Part shown: piece by piece, positions 48,836 through 59,053 of the stretch | How positions within the stretch are numbered: the first letter of the stretch is position 1 | Layout of the letters: the number at the start of each line of letters is the position of its first letter | Assembly: GCA_965279515.1 (NCBI GenBank) | Contig: CBDIID010000003.1 | Coordinates: forward strand, 928,001-992,000 | Source: Turneriella sp. | GTDB lineage: Bacteria > Spirochaetota > Leptospiria > Turneriellales > Turneriellaceae | Direction: 5' to 3' | Length of the DNA: 64,000 bases | Program-made: the position numbers and the translations under genes | The notes under the pieces: generated by a model | The model's database searches: none | What the model was told of the DNA's origin: nothing | The model's input: only the letters and a program-made list of their open reading frames with translations

Positions 48836-50163
48836 TTTTTCGTCAGCAGCGCGACGGCTTCAAAGTGATGTGTCCACGGGAAAAAATCAAAGAGCCGCAT
48901 GTTTTGCACGCGGTAACCTTCGGCCGCAAGATAACCGAAGTCGCGCGCCATGGTCGCGGCGTTACACGAGGAATAAACAATCGGACCTGAAAAATCAGCC
49001 AGCGCATCGCTGCGCAATTTATCCCAGGTTTCCTTCATGAGCCCCGCGCGCGGCGGATTCACCAGCAGGGCCTGCGGCCTGAAACCTGCAACAGAGCGCT
49101 GAAATTCTCCGGAAATTTTTTCAGGCAGAAACAAGTCAACCTTGTGGTAATCCCGGTAAAAATCAGGGTTGAGATTCTGACCACCGCTTTCGAAGCGCAC
49201 TTTCGCGACGTCTGCCGGCGTCAGTAAATCGGCTGCCAGCGTATGAAAGGGCAGTTTCTGCATCAGCATACGCGAAATAAAACCAAACCCGGAAAAAAGC
49301 TCCAAAACCCGGTCGGTTTTTCCCGCTGAAGCCAGGTAAGTAGCCATGGTTTCGAGCCAGCGCGGCAACATGCGCAGGTTGACCTGGAAAAATTGCGAGA
49401 CTGGAAATTCAATTTCCGTAGAGCTGCCGGGTGGCCAGGCTACGGTATATTTCATCATCGTAGCAGCTTCGTTTTTGTGATTGAGTTCGGTAAAGACCGC
49501 ATTGCCGCCGGTATCCATCCGAATGCGCGCAGCGCGCACCTCGACGGGAAAGGCAGGGAATTTATCGCGCAGCGATTTCTCATCGAAAATCAGGCAGCCC
49601 TTTTCGGGGAAGGCACGGGTGCGGTACGACATCGGCTCGTAAAAGCCATAAGTGCCAAACTTGTTGATGTGCACCTGGACATGGTTGCGGTAGTGAAGAA
49701 GTTCTTCTTCGGGGGCCTGATCGACGGTAATTTCCGGGATTTCCACCTTATGGTGGCGCAACTGATTTCTCAGCCACTCTTCTTTAAAGCGCAGCGTATC
49801 GGCATAAGACATGTGTTGCATCTTGCAGCCGCCGCAGCGCAGAAAATTTTCGCAAGGGGGCACCGTTCTTTGCGGTGAAAGCGACTTCAACGCCCAGACC
49901 GGGTGTGCAAATTCCGCGGCCGCATCTTCTGCGCTGAGTTGATCGCGGTAAGCGAGAACACCGTGTGCAAGCTTCGATTTTACCTTGGCGATACGCGCGA
50001 TAAAACGTTCGCCCGGCAGAACTCCCCAGATGAAAAAAACATGGGGTTTGAATTTTTCTTTCATCGCCTCATCGGCGAAGTATGACAACCCCAAACCTTC
50101 AGAGACGAAATGTTTACACTCGAGCTCAACAAACGCGCCGGATAAGAGGCGGCGGATATTCAT
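48826..50163 (-). CDS. rlmD: RlmD/TrmA-family RNA m5U methyltransferase
   Basis: TRAM-like start, CENFLRCGGC..QH, YRNH, FFQVN, ELFSGFG, NPPRAG, SCN, DFFPWTHHFE. Confidence 0.8.
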   Translation of the reverse strand: MNIRRLLSGAFVELECKHFVSEGLGLSYFADEAMKEKFKPHVFFIWGVLPGERFIARIAKVKSKLAHGVLAYRDQLSAEDAAAEFAHPVWALKSLSPQRTVPPCENFLRCGGCKMQHMSYADTLRFKEEWLRNQLRHHKVEIPEITVDQAPEEELLHYRNHVQVHINKFGTYGFYEPMSYRTRAFPEKGCLIFDEKSLRDKFPAFPVEVRAARIRMDTGGNAVFTELNHKNEAATMMKYTVAWPPGSSTEIEFPVSQFFQVNLRMLPRWLETMATYLASAGKTDRVLELFSGFGFISRMLMQKLPFHTLAADLLTPADVAKVRFESGGQNLNPDFYRDYHKVDLFLPEKISGEFQRSVAGFRPQALLVNPPRAGLMKETWDKLRSDALADFSGPIVYSSCNAATMARDFGYLAAEGYRVQNMRLFDFFPWTHHFEAVALLTKNQL

Positions 50164-50169
50164 GTTAGC

Positions 50170-51717
50170 TTAATGCCTGAAGTGGCGCATGCCGGTGAAG
50201 ACCAGCGCCATACCGTGTTCATCGGCTGCCGTGATGCTGTCGCCGTCTTTGATGGAGCCGCCCGGCTGCACGACCGCCGCAACGCCGATGGTGGCGCAGG
50301 TATCGATGCTGTCGCGGAACGGGAAAAAGGCTTCGGAGGCCATGACCGATCCCTTCAGGGATAATTTGGCGTCATCGGCTTTGGTTTGGGCAATACGAAT
50401 GCTGTCGATGCGGCTCATCTGTCCCGCACCGATCGCCAGTGTGCGACCGGCTGCGGCAAAAACCACCGCATTGGATTTCACGAATTTAGCGACGCGGAAA
50501 GCGAATTCGAGGTCTGCGAGCATCGCCGCGTCGGGTGCTTTTTTCGAAACCACTTTGAGATCGGCTTTCTCCCAGAGTTTTTGGTCCTGATCTTGCAAAA
50601 GAAAACCGCCGGCGCCGGGCACAGAACGGATATCTTTCACAAGCCGCGAGGTCGCAGCGGCCAAGTCCACAGATATTAGCCGCAGGTTCTTTTTCGCCTT
50701 AAGAATCTCAAATGCCTGCGCATCAAATTCAGGGGCAATGATGAGTTCAAAGAAGTGCGGCGCCAGTTTTTCGGCGGCGGCCGGCAAAAGCTTGCGGTTG
50801 AAGACGACGATGCCGCCGAAAAAGCTGACTGGGTCGCAATCCATCGCCTGCTGCAGAATCAGCGCCTGATCGGCGCCTGTAGAGACGCCGCAGGGATTGG
50901 TGTGCTTAAAGATCGCACAGACCGGCTTTTCAAAATCGGCTGCTAAGCGGATCGCGATATCGAGGTCGAGAATATTGTTAAAGGAGAGCTCTTTACCGTG
51001 CAGTTGTTTCCAGACGGGAGTTGTGCCGGCTTCAACCAGGTAAGATGCGCCCTGGTGCGGATTCTCGCCATAACGCAGCGGTTGGGCTTCGGCGAGATTG
51101 AGTTTTTGGGTTTTCTGCCCGGCTCGAGTCGCAAGGTAACCACTGATAGCCGCATCGTAGGCGGCTGTGCGCGTGTAAGCCTCGAGGCGGCATTTCTCGC
51201 GGAAGGCAAGATCGGTCGAACCATTGCCCTTCTCAAAATTTTCGAGGAAAGCAGCGTATTGCGCTGCAGAAACCAGCACGGTGACTGCCGCCGCATTTTT
51301 CGCCGCCGAGCGGATCATTGCCGGGCCACCGATATCGATGTTCTCAACCGCTTCTTCAAATGTTGTCTCGGCTTTTGCCGTTACGCTTTCGAAGGGGTAG
51401 AGATTCACGACCACAAGGTCAAAGAGTTTGATGGCGTGTTTGTCAGCAGCCGCAAGGTGTTCGGGCAGGTCACGGCGCGCGAGAAAGCCGCCATGCACCT
51501 TGGGGTGAAGGGTTTTTACCCGGCCGTCCATCATTTCGGGAAAGCCGGTGTAATCTTCGACGGCGGTTGCGGCAAAACCCTGCTCGCGCAGGAATTTGAG
51601 CGTGCCCCCAGTGGAAAAAAGCTCTACATTGCGGTGACTAAGAGCGCGCGCCAGTTCGGTGAGGCCCGTTTTATCGGATACCGAAAGCAGCGCGCGTTTG
51701 ATTGGGACTGAATCCAA
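50170..51717 (-). CDS. purH: Bifunctional AICAR transformylase/IMP cyclohydrolase
   Basis: RALLSVSDKTG, GRVKTLHP, LRYGENPHQ, VKSNA, FTGMRHFRH. Confidence 0.97.
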   Translation of the reverse strand: MDSVPIKRALLSVSDKTGLTELARALSHRNVELFSTGGTLKFLREQGFAATAVEDYTGFPEMMDGRVKTLHPKVHGGFLARRDLPEHLAAADKHAIKLFDLVVVNLYPFESVTAKAETTFEEAVENIDIGGPAMIRSAAKNAAAVTVLVSAAQYAAFLENFEKGNGSTDLAFREKCRLEAYTRTAAYDAAISGYLATRAGQKTQKLNLAEAQPLRYGENPHQGASYLVEAGTTPVWKQLHGKELSFNNILDLDIAIRLAADFEKPVCAIFKHTNPCGVSTGADQALILQQAMDCDPVSFFGGIVVFNRKLLPAAAEKLAPHFFELIIAPEFDAQAFEILKAKKNLRLISVDLAAATSRLVKDIRSVPGAGGFLLQDQDQKLWEKADLKVVSKKAPDAAMLADLEFAFRVAKFVKSNAVVFAAAGRTLAIGAGQMSRIDSIRIAQTKADDAKLSLKGSVMASEAFFPFRDSIDTCATIGVAAVVQPGGSIKDGDSITAADEHGMALVFTGMRHFRH

Positions 51718-51718
51718 C

Positions 51719-52588
51719 TTAGATAAGAAGCGTCTGGCCTTCGAAAACGTCTTTGCAAGGACCTGTCATATAGACATGGTTGTCTTTCTCAGACCAGTAG
51801 ATCTCGAGAATGCCGCCCTTGAGCTCGACCTTCGCCTTACGCTTGATCTTACCTGAAAGTACACCCGCAACGACCGCAGCAGATGCTCCGGTACCCGAGG
51901 CAAGTGTCTCACCCACACCGCGTTCCCAGACGCGTTGTTTGATGTGGTCTTCGTCGACCATCTGTATAAAATGAACGTTGGTGCGGTTCGGGAACAGCGA
52001 GTAGTTCTCGATCATTGGGCCGTATTTGGCGACAGGGAAGTTATCCACGTCTTCGACCCAGATGACAACGTGAGGATTACCCATCGACAGGGCCATGAAC
52101 TCGAAGGTGTTATGGTCTTCGAGATAGATCTTTTCTTTAAGAACCTTTTTTTCTTCTTCGCCCGCTGCGCAGACCATCGGGATCTTCGCGCGCTCGAGAA
52201 TCGGCTCGCCCATGTCGGCTTTGACGCGGTAAACCCGGCCGTCACGTACCATCAGGATGCACGGGATAATGCCGCGCAGCGTTTGTACGTTGATCTCTTG
52301 TTTTTTTGTATTGCCGCGGTCGTAGAGGTACTTGCCGAGGCAGCGGATGGCGTTACCGCACATCTCAGCTTCGGAACCGTCGGGGTTAAAAATACGAATC
52401 TGGAAATCAGCCTCGTTCTTGTTATCGGGAGGCATGATCAGCACAAGGCCGTCAGCACCCACGCCATAGTGGCGGTCGCAGAGCAGACGCGCTGCCCGCT
52501 GAGGATTCTTCGGGGAATCTTCCGTGAAGAGGTAATCGTTGCCCAAACCTTCCAGTTTCGCAAATCTTAATGCTTTAGAACCACTCAT
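51719..52588 (-). CDS. dapF: Diaminopimelate epimerase (second catalytic Cys replaced by Ser)
   Basis: GLGNDY, GADG, DGSEAEMCGNA, MGNPH, ERGVGETLASGTG. Confidence 0.9.
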   Translation of the reverse strand: MSGSKALRFAKLEGLGNDYLFTEDSPKNPQRAARLLCDRHYGVGADGLVLIMPPDNKNEADFQIRIFNPDGSEAEMCGNAIRCLGKYLYDRGNTKKQEINVQTLRGIIPCILMVRDGRVYRVKADMGEPILERAKIPMVCAAGEEEKKVLKEKIYLEDHNTFEFMALSMGNPHVVIWVEDVDNFPVAKYGPMIENYSLFPNRTNVHFIQMVDEDHIKQRVWERGVGETLASGTGASAAVVAGVLSGKIKRKAKVELKGGILEIYWSEKDNHVYMTGPCKDVFEGQTLLI

Positions 52589-52687
52589 CCAGGTTCCCCC
52601 TTAACAACAGCACAGCTCTTTTCCGGTAAAACTCTTGTAATTTTTTCAGACTTTCGCAGAATGCCGATCGTGATGTAGCCAGAAACT

Positions 52688-53545
52688 ATGAACGAGACAG
52701 ACTTTCAAGCCTTATTTAACTCTTACCACGAAGCTATCCGTGCCCGCAGCGAGAATCCGGTACCCGCGAAGCTGCATTTGATGGTTTATAACTATGCCCG
52801 CCTCAGGCACCAGCAGACGAGCGACGTCTCGGCGGATTTCTACCTGCACATCGCGGGCAAACTCGACGGCATGCTCGAACGTTATGACCCGCGCCGGGTA
52901 CCATTCTATCAATATCTGGCAAGCATGCTCAATTTTGAATTCAGTCATTTTTTGCGGCGCCGGCGCCTGCCCCGCTCGCAGATTCAGCTGTTGTCGATCG
53001 AAGAATTACAAGAACGCCATGTTCAGCTCGAAGACCGGCCACAGGAAAAATCCACAGACCTCGAGGTTATCCTCAAATCGCTGAAGGCGGCCGAGCGGCA
53101 CTATGCAAAACTCGCGCTGGCGCTGCCCCTGACCTTCGGCGAACTCAGGCAATTGACGCAGCGCAAGAAAAGTAATCCGGCTGCCGCCTGGGGCATTATC
53201 CGTGCCTACCGGGAGTTCCTGCGTTTTGCCGAAGAGAAGCGCGGCAACGTTCTCGCGGAGCGCGACCGGCTATCAAAAACACTGATTTTACTGAGCCATG
53301 AATTGCTAACGGCACAGGGAACCGAGCTGGCGAGGGTCAAATCGCGTAAAGATGCGGCGCAAAAAAAGTTTTTTTCCATCGACGCCCGCATCCCCATACG
53401 CATCGTGGCGGCGGTCACTGGCGACTCCATCGCAACTGCCCAAAGGCAGCTCAAAAAGGCGGTGCAGGCGCTGAAAAAGGCCTGGTTACATTGGGAAAAA
53501 CAAAAACTTGGTGGCAAACAGAGGAAAATTAAAGAGGCAAATTGA
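52688..53545 (+). CDS. Divergent sigma70-family-like protein
   Basis: Region-2-like ERYDPRRVPFYQYL..FSHFLRR; region-4-like HTH IPIRIVAAVTGDSIATAQRQLKKAVQALK. Confidence 0.6.
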   Translation: MNETDFQALFNSYHEAIRARSENPVPAKLHLMVYNYARLRHQQTSDVSADFYLHIAGKLDGMLERYDPRRVPFYQYLASMLNFEFSHFLRRRRLPRSQIQLLSIEELQERHVQLEDRPQEKSTDLEVILKSLKAAERHYAKLALALPLTFGELRQLTQRKKSNPAAAWGIIRAYREFLRFAEEKRGNVLAERDRLSKTLILLSHELLTAQGTELARVKSRKDAAQKKFFSIDARIPIRIVAAVTGDSIATAQRQLKKAVQALKKAWLHWEKQKLGGKQRKIKEAN

Positions 53546-54303
53546 AGGTTAGCAAAACCAAGGTCAACAAAACCAAAGTCAAAAAAATCGCTAAAATCAA
53601 GACAGCCGTACGCCGTGGAAAATCCGGTATTTTAAGGCCGAAAAAAGCTGCCACCCCTATCACCAAGAAGAAGAAGGCCGCGCTGGTTAAAAAGAAGGCT
53701 CAGCCCAAGGCTGGCGCAGACGCTGTGCTTCTGAAAAATACCCTGCCAGAAGAAAATCTCCCCCTCAGCAACCTCAGTCCTTATGCCGCACTCTCCGATG
53801 AGTTTGCCCTGGCAAACGCGTGGGATGTCCTCGGTGACGAAGAGTATCTGCTCGACGATGAAGTCTGGAACAGCCTTTATAACCGTATTAAACTGCAGTT
53901 GCTGCAGACGACCTACTCCTTCCGCATTGAGACCGACGGGGCAAATCTTTCACCCTATGCGGTGACGCCGATGCCGGCATTCCGGTCAGAAAACGAACCG
54001 GGGTTCCTGAGCGCCGGCAGTTTTACGATTTTGCGTCCCGAGATTCCTGGTGTTGTCTTCGACCTGAAAATCTCGACCAGTGACCAGGCCCTGCTCCTGG
54101 ACTGGCAACTGACGCGCAAAGACCTCAAGGGAAGCACAGGGCATATCGCGCTCTACCTCGACGGTGAGCTTGTCGAAGCCGTGAACCTGCAGCAGAACCG
54201 CTGCCAGCTCGAACTCACGCGCGATGACATGGGTGACGCCACGTTCTATTTTCTCGATGCGGATACCGGTAAGCAGGCCAAAATTCTGGAGTTAAATATC
54301 TGA
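53542..54303 (+). CDS. Hypothetical protein, Lys-rich N-terminus, coupled to sigma-like gene
   Basis: TTGA start/stop overlap; basic N-terminus, acidic helix, beta-rich C-terminus. Confidence 0.65.
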   Translation: MKVSKTKVNKTKVKKIAKIKTAVRRGKSGILRPKKAATPITKKKKAALVKKKAQPKAGADAVLLKNTLPEENLPLSNLSPYAALSDEFALANAWDVLGDEEYLLDDEVWNSLYNRIKLQLLQTTYSFRIETDGANLSPYAVTPMPAFRSENEPGFLSAGSFTILRPEIPGVVFDLKISTSDQALLLDWQLTRKDLKGSTGHIALYLDGELVEAVNLQQNRCQLELTRDDMGDATFYFLDADTGKQAKILELNI

Positions 54304-54306
54304 AGA

Positions 54307-54777
54307 ATGCAAGTAGCAAGAAATAAAGTCGTCACGATCAGCTATGAAGTAGCGGAAAAAGGTAAAGGCAAACTCGAAGACGGCACCCTCGATTATCTCC
54401 ACGGCTTCAAAAACCTCATGCCGGCGCTCGAAAAATTTCTCGCCGACAAGAAAGAAGGCTTTTCGGGAAAAGTCGAAATGGGCCCGCGCGACGCATTCGG
54501 TGAAAAGAATCCAGAGCTGGTAATGCAGATTCCCAAGACGCAGCTTGAAAAACCTGAAGAAATTACTGCAGGAATGCAGATTGAACTCGAAAGCGAAGAA
54601 GGCGTCATCCCCGCTCTCGTGACAGCTATCGGCGAAACAGAAATCAGCGTCGACGGTAACCATCCTTATGCGGGCAAGACCATCACCTTTGATGTGAAGG
54701 TCGTAAAAATCCGCGACGCTTCGGCTGAAGAACTGTCGCACGGCCATGCGCACGGTGCTCACGGGCATCATCACTGA
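54307..54777 (+). CDS. slyD: FKBP-type peptidyl-prolyl isomerase SlyD
   Basis: YLHG, VDGNHPYAGK, EELSHGHAHGAHGHHH tail. Confidence 0.92.
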   Translation: MQVARNKVVTISYEVAEKGKGKLEDGTLDYLHGFKNLMPALEKFLADKKEGFSGKVEMGPRDAFGEKNPELVMQIPKTQLEKPEEITAGMQIELESEEGVIPALVTAIGETEISVDGNHPYAGKTITFDVKVVKIRDASAEELSHGHAHGAHGHHH

Positions 54778-54779
54778 CG

Positions 54780-54887
54780 CGCTAAAAATGTGAGTCTGCG
54801 AAAACCGCAGGCAGGCGCAGCCGCTTTAGCAGGCGTTTTCAGCCACTGAAAACGTCGAGGCCGGCGGTTTTCCTCACATTTTTAGCG
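54780..54887. repeat. 108-bp MITE-like nested inverted repeat
   Basis: 15-bp perfect terminal IR cgctaaaaatgtgag/ctcacatttttagcg; inner gaaaaccgc/gcggttttc and cgttttcag/ctgaaaacg. Confidence 0.8.
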
Positions 54888-54897
54888 TAGAAAGAAC

Positions 54898-55119
54898 ATG
54901 TTCTCCTCAATCAAAAAAACACTCACCCGCCTCACCGACCACCTGATCGAATCGCCCTGTATCGCTGTCTGCATCATGCATAGCGAAACCGGGCTCTGCA
55001 AAGGCTGCTACCGCACGCTCGCTGAAATTGAGGGCTGGCCCACTTTCACGGGCGATGAAAAGCGCAAAGTCATTCACGACTCGGCTGCCCGCAAAACCGC
55101 AACTAGTCTTCGGCCTTGA
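54898..55119 (+). CDS. DUF1289-like small Cys-rich protein
   Basis: SPCIAVC...GLCKGCYRTLAEIEGW. Confidence 0.85.
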   Translation: MFSSIKKTLTRLTDHLIESPCIAVCIMHSETGLCKGCYRTLAEIEGWPTFTGDEKRKVIHDSAARKTATSLRP

Positions 55120-56104
55120 TGTGCGGCGTCTTGGCGCGGATAAAGAACGCTGAGATAAAAATCACGAGAATTACGAGGCTTGTCTGCCAGTTTTCAAAAT
55201 GCCAGATCTTGAGTTTTAACGTATCCTGGGCGGCCTCGAAGGTCATCTTGAGCCCGACGATAAGCACTGCGAGCATTGCCGCGCCTTCGAGCTGCGGATA
55301 TTTTTCGAGCAGTTTGATGAAGGATTTTGCAAAGAGCCTGAGGCAGGTAACGCCGAAAAAAGCACCCCAGAAGAGCACCCAGAAATCACGGGTCATGGCT
55401 ACACCTGCGCCGATCGAATCGAAAGAGAACAGGATATCTGTCCACTCGACCGCGATGATGGCGGCCAGAATCACATGGCCTTTCCACTTAAAGCGCGAGA
55501 CTTCAATGCCCTTCTCTGCCTCTTCATCTTTTTTTACCGCGGCATGTTTTTGCCGCCAGTAACGGAAAATCACATAGCCGAGAAACAGCGCAAAAAATAT
55601 CCAGACGGGTATACGCACCTGCCACGGATGTATGGCTTCACCCGAAAGATAGAACGCCGCACCGACAGCCGTCAAACAGACGACGTCGGAGATAAACAGG
55701 AAAATGTTTGTCAGAAAAAAATCCGCAGCCATATTGATGAGATAAAAACCACCGATGCCCATGATCCATTTTTGCTCGAGTATGAAGCCGGCACCGATCA
55801 GGAAAAGGAAACGGAAAAGAAATGCACCCCAGATTCCCCAAGTCAGCGCCTTGTGTGCGTCTGCGGGTTTGAGGTGCCGCACCTGGATGGCGAGCACGGT
55901 GGCATTATCGATACCGAGGATACCCTCGAGAAATGCCAGTGTCAGTACCGTCACCAGGCCCGCCGAAACAAACAGGTCGGATGATCGCCCCGACGTCAGC
56001 GAGGTCATACTCGTCATAAAACCAAACTGGTAATCGGCCAGCATCACAGTGCCGAAAACCAATGCCGAAAGAAGGAGCGGCCACTCTTTTTTGATGATAT
56101 TCAT
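55103..56104 (-). CDS. TerC family membrane protein
   Basis: LEGILGIDNA, ALTWGIWGAFLFR, DILFSFDSI, KYPQLE. Confidence 0.88.
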   Translation of the reverse strand: MNIIKKEWPLLLSALVFGTVMLADYQFGFMTSMTSLTSGRSSDLFVSAGLVTVLTLAFLEGILGIDNATVLAIQVRHLKPADAHKALTWGIWGAFLFRFLFLIGAGFILEQKWIMGIGGFYLINMAADFFLTNIFLFISDVVCLTAVGAAFYLSGEAIHPWQVRIPVWIFFALFLGYVIFRYWRQKHAAVKKDEEAEKGIEVSRFKWKGHVILAAIIAVEWTDILFSFDSIGAGVAMTRDFWVLFWGAFFGVTCLRLFAKSFIKLLEKYPQLEGAAMLAVLIVGLKMTFEAAQDTLKLKIWHFENWQTSLVILVIFISAFFIRAKTPHIKAED

Positions 56105-57193
56105 TTATTTAAATCGATGGATCTCAAACTGATCCGCAAAGACGCGGATGCCATAGAATTCGCCGGAGAGGGTCTCCCAAACCTGGCGCCATTCGGAGGG
56201 GCGGCCGGAAAGTTCGAGCACCAGTGAATTGCGCAGGTCGCCTTCGAGCGAATACCTGCCGACACGCACCCGGCCATTCTCGAGGTTCTGCCAGATGCCG
56301 ACGCTGTCTTTGCCCTGGGGCAGGTAGGGATGGTCTTCGGCATTCGAGAGCCGCGCAAATACGGTACTCGATTCGCCCTCGCCCAGATTTTTGACTTTGA
56401 CGATGCGGTAGGCCAACGTCATTTGTTTTTTATCGGAATCGGGGTCGATACGGTCGATGCGTGATGCGAACATGATGCGTTCGCCCGAATAGAAGGGATA
56501 GATATATTCGCAGTGCACGATAGAATTTCGGTTCTTCAGCTGTTCAATCTGTTGTTTATCAAGGGTAGCACTCTCACAATCGGTCTGGCGGTATTCATAG
56601 GCAAGGCGGCTGCCTTCGTAACGGTCGAGATGAAGCTCGTCAAGATAGCGGTACAGCACCCAGAGATATCCTTTATTGTCGCTGTCGAACCAGAGAATAT
56701 TCTCAAAGACCAACTCGGTCAATCCCTTGCGGCCGATAGAGCGCAGGAGTTTTCCCTTGAAGTCGAACTGCAGAATTTTGTAACCGCCGCGTGAAGACGC
56801 GTCCTTGTTTTCGCCTTCCGGGGGAATATAGTTCTCTACGAAAAAATCGTCGTTCACGCCCATCATGATGCGGCCGGGCACACGCAGCGCCTCGAGACCT
56901 TTGCCATCTGATTTCCCCTTCCCCGCATCTTGCGCCTTGATCGAAAAAGCCAGCTTGCCTGAACGAAAAAGTTTCACGGTTTTCTCTGATGGTTCAGAGA
57001 ATGCCACCCATTCCTTCAGCACGCCAACACGGCCGGGAATCTCATGGTAGACGCCATTCTGCTTCGGAAAACGCGCCTTGTCTTCGCCGAGCGGCAGGGA
57101 AAATACTTTCTCAGGTTTCAGGGTGCTGGAACGGAAGCGTGCGCAGCCGGCAAAAACCGGGATTAACATCGCCGCAAAAAGGGCACTACGCAT
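56105..57193 (-). CDS. Hypothetical lipoprotein, beta-propeller-like
   Basis: MRSALFAAMLIPVFAG-C lipobox; repeated short beta-strand units (ILQFDFKGKLLRSIG). Confidence 0.7.
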   Translation of the reverse strand: MRSALFAAMLIPVFAGCARFRSSTLKPEKVFSLPLGEDKARFPKQNGVYHEIPGRVGVLKEWVAFSEPSEKTVKLFRSGKLAFSIKAQDAGKGKSDGKGLEALRVPGRIMMGVNDDFFVENYIPPEGENKDASSRGGYKILQFDFKGKLLRSIGRKGLTELVFENILWFDSDNKGYLWVLYRYLDELHLDRYEGSRLAYEYRQTDCESATLDKQQIEQLKNRNSIVHCEYIYPFYSGERIMFASRIDRIDPDSDKKQMTLAYRIVKVKNLGEGESSTVFARLSNAEDHPYLPQGKDSVGIWQNLENGRVRVGRYSLEGDLRNSLVLELSGRPSEWRQVWETLSGEFYGIRVFADQFEIHRFK

Positions 57194-57285
57194 ATCAACC
57201 GGTTTGAATAGTCGAGGCAACGCGTGAATCCAAATATAGAAGTAGACACAGCTTTACGCCGTGTCTTGACGCCCCACTTCAACCC

Positions 57286-58389
57286 ATGCCTCTCCAATGC
57301 GGAATAGTCGGATTACCCAATGTCGGTAAATCCACGATTTTTAATGCCCTGACAAAATCGCACAGCGCCGAGGCGCAAAATTATCCATTCTGCACTATTG
57401 ATCCGAATGTCGGCGTCGTTGCGGTACCTGACCCGCGTTTTGATTTTCTCGTCGAAATCGTGAAACCGAAAAACAGCGTCCCCGTGGCTGTCGAATTTGT
57501 CGATATCGCAGGCCTCGTCAAAGGCGCCTCGCAGGGCGAAGGTTTGGGCAATAAATTCCTCGATCATATCCGCAAGGTCAACGCCATTCTGCACGTGGTG
57601 CGCTGCTTCCAGGACGAGAATGTAACGCATGTCTCGGGCAAGGTCTCACCGAAAAGCGACGTTGAAATCATAGAACTCGAACTCATTTTGTCTGACCTCG
57701 ATCAGGTTGATAAACGCCTGCAGAATCTCGTAAAGAAAAAGAAGAGCGGCGACAAAGATGCGATCGAGCAAAGTGCGGTTCTCGAGCGCGTCTTTGAGAC
57801 TCTTAAAGCAGGCAAACCCGCCACCGCTGCCGGCCTCAATGCAGATGAAAAAGAACTCATTAAAGAGCTGGCCCTGCTCTCCATGAAACCGGTGCTGTTT
57901 ATCGGCAATATCGATGAATCGCTTCTGGCGACGCCCGACGCTTCCCCCGAGTTCCGTGAGCTCGTCGAGGTGGCGCGCGAGCGCGGTGCGCAGGCCATAC
58001 CGCTTTCCGGAAAAATCGAAGCCGAACTCGGCCAGCTGTCGCCCGAAGAAGAAAAAGAATTCCTGAAAGATCTGGGTCTCAGCGAAGCCGGGCTTAACCG
58101 CGTGATCCGCGAGGCATACAAGCTTTTAGGTTATATCACCTTTTTCACAGCTGGCGAAGTCGAGGTGCGCGCCTGGAATATTGTCGCTGGTGCGACCGCA
58201 CCACAGGCCGCGGGGCAAATCCACAGCGATATTGAAAGAGGATTCATACGCGCCGAAGTAACGCCATTTTCTGCGGTTCAGGAGTATGGCACGCAAAAAA
58301 AGGCGCAGGAAGCGGGTAAAATGCGCCTCGAAGGTAAGGAATATATCTTTGCTGACGGTGACGTTGTCTATTTCCGTTTCAACGTCTAA
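57286..58389 (+). CDS. ychF: Redox-regulated ATPase YchF
   Basis: [43 protein letters not shown]. Confidence 0.97.
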   Translation: MPLQCGIVGLPNVGKSTIFNALTKSHSAEAQNYPFCTIDPNVGVVAVPDPRFDFLVEIVKPKNSVPVAVEFVDIAGLVKGASQGEGLGNKFLDHIRKVNAILHVVRCFQDENVTHVSGKVSPKSDVEIIELELILSDLDQVDKRLQNLVKKKKSGDKDAIEQSAVLERVFETLKAGKPATAAGLNADEKELIKELALLSMKPVLFIGNIDESLLATPDASPEFRELVEVARERGAQAIPLSGKIEAELGQLSPEEEKEFLKDLGLSEAGLNRVIREAYKLLGYITFFTAGEVEVRAWNIVAGATAPQAAGQIHSDIERGFIRAEVTPFSAVQEYGTQKKAQEAGKMRLEGKEYIFADGDVVYFRFNV

Positions 58390-58426
58390 ACCTTTACCCT
58401 CACCCTGTTTCGGGCGATAATAAGAC

Positions 58427-59047
58427 ATGCGTATCATTGCGGCCTGTCTCGGCCTGGGTCTCCTGTTCTCCCTCTCTGCGGGTGACGAACCGCCACTCAG
58501 CGTCGATCCGAAACTCAATCCCTTGCCGCCCGAGGCACTGGCATTTCCCGAGTTTAGTGAAAATTACCGCCAGAAGATTATCCGTGGTGACTATGAAATC
58601 TGGTCCGAAGAAAAGCTGCAAAGGTGGAGCTCCGCCCAGGGGCTCAGCGTGAGCAGCGATCAGAAAGGTGCAGGCCTGCAATACCGCCGTGCGGCCATCA
58701 TCGCCGCGCCCGGGCTCACATTCACCCTGACACGGCCCGTAACGGAAAAGGGGTCTGAGTTTGCCAATGGCTGGAAGCTCAACCTCGATCTGGCGGCCGT
58801 GCGCGCGCGTGACGGCTCGACATTAAAGAAAGGAAGTCAGTACAATAATCTGCTGGAATGCGATGTGCACATTGACGGAGTTTTTTTCCGGCGCATAAAA
58901 CAAGGCTCGGCGATAACCATGCAGAGCCCGGTTCAGATCCAGATACCGCATATCCGCAGCGCAGAAGGCAAGATCACAGTCGAACTAAAACTCGCGAACC
59001 ATCCGCGCAATTTTCTCTTTCTCTACGACGCGTATCTGAGTCGTTAA
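58427..59047 (+). CDS. Hypothetical exported protein
   Basis: Signal peptide (SLSA-G); beta-rich C-terminus. Confidence 0.65.
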   Translation: MRIIAACLGLGLLFSLSAGDEPPLSVDPKLNPLPPEALAFPEFSENYRQKIIRGDYEIWSEEKLQRWSSAQGLSVSSDQKGAGLQYRRAAIIAAPGLTFTLTRPVTEKGSEFANGWKLNLDLAAVRARDGSTLKKGSQYNNLLECDVHIDGVFFRRIKQGSAITMQSPVQIQIPHIRSAEGKITVELKLANHPRNFLFLYDAYLSR

Positions 59048-59053
59048 GCCTGA

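Noticed and set aside
49897..49950. Extra ~18 aa in the RlmD-like TRAM region as another hairpin insert
   Set aside because: Only weak stems (cgca-gaaga-tgcg), boundaries and junction duplication not definable without an alignment.
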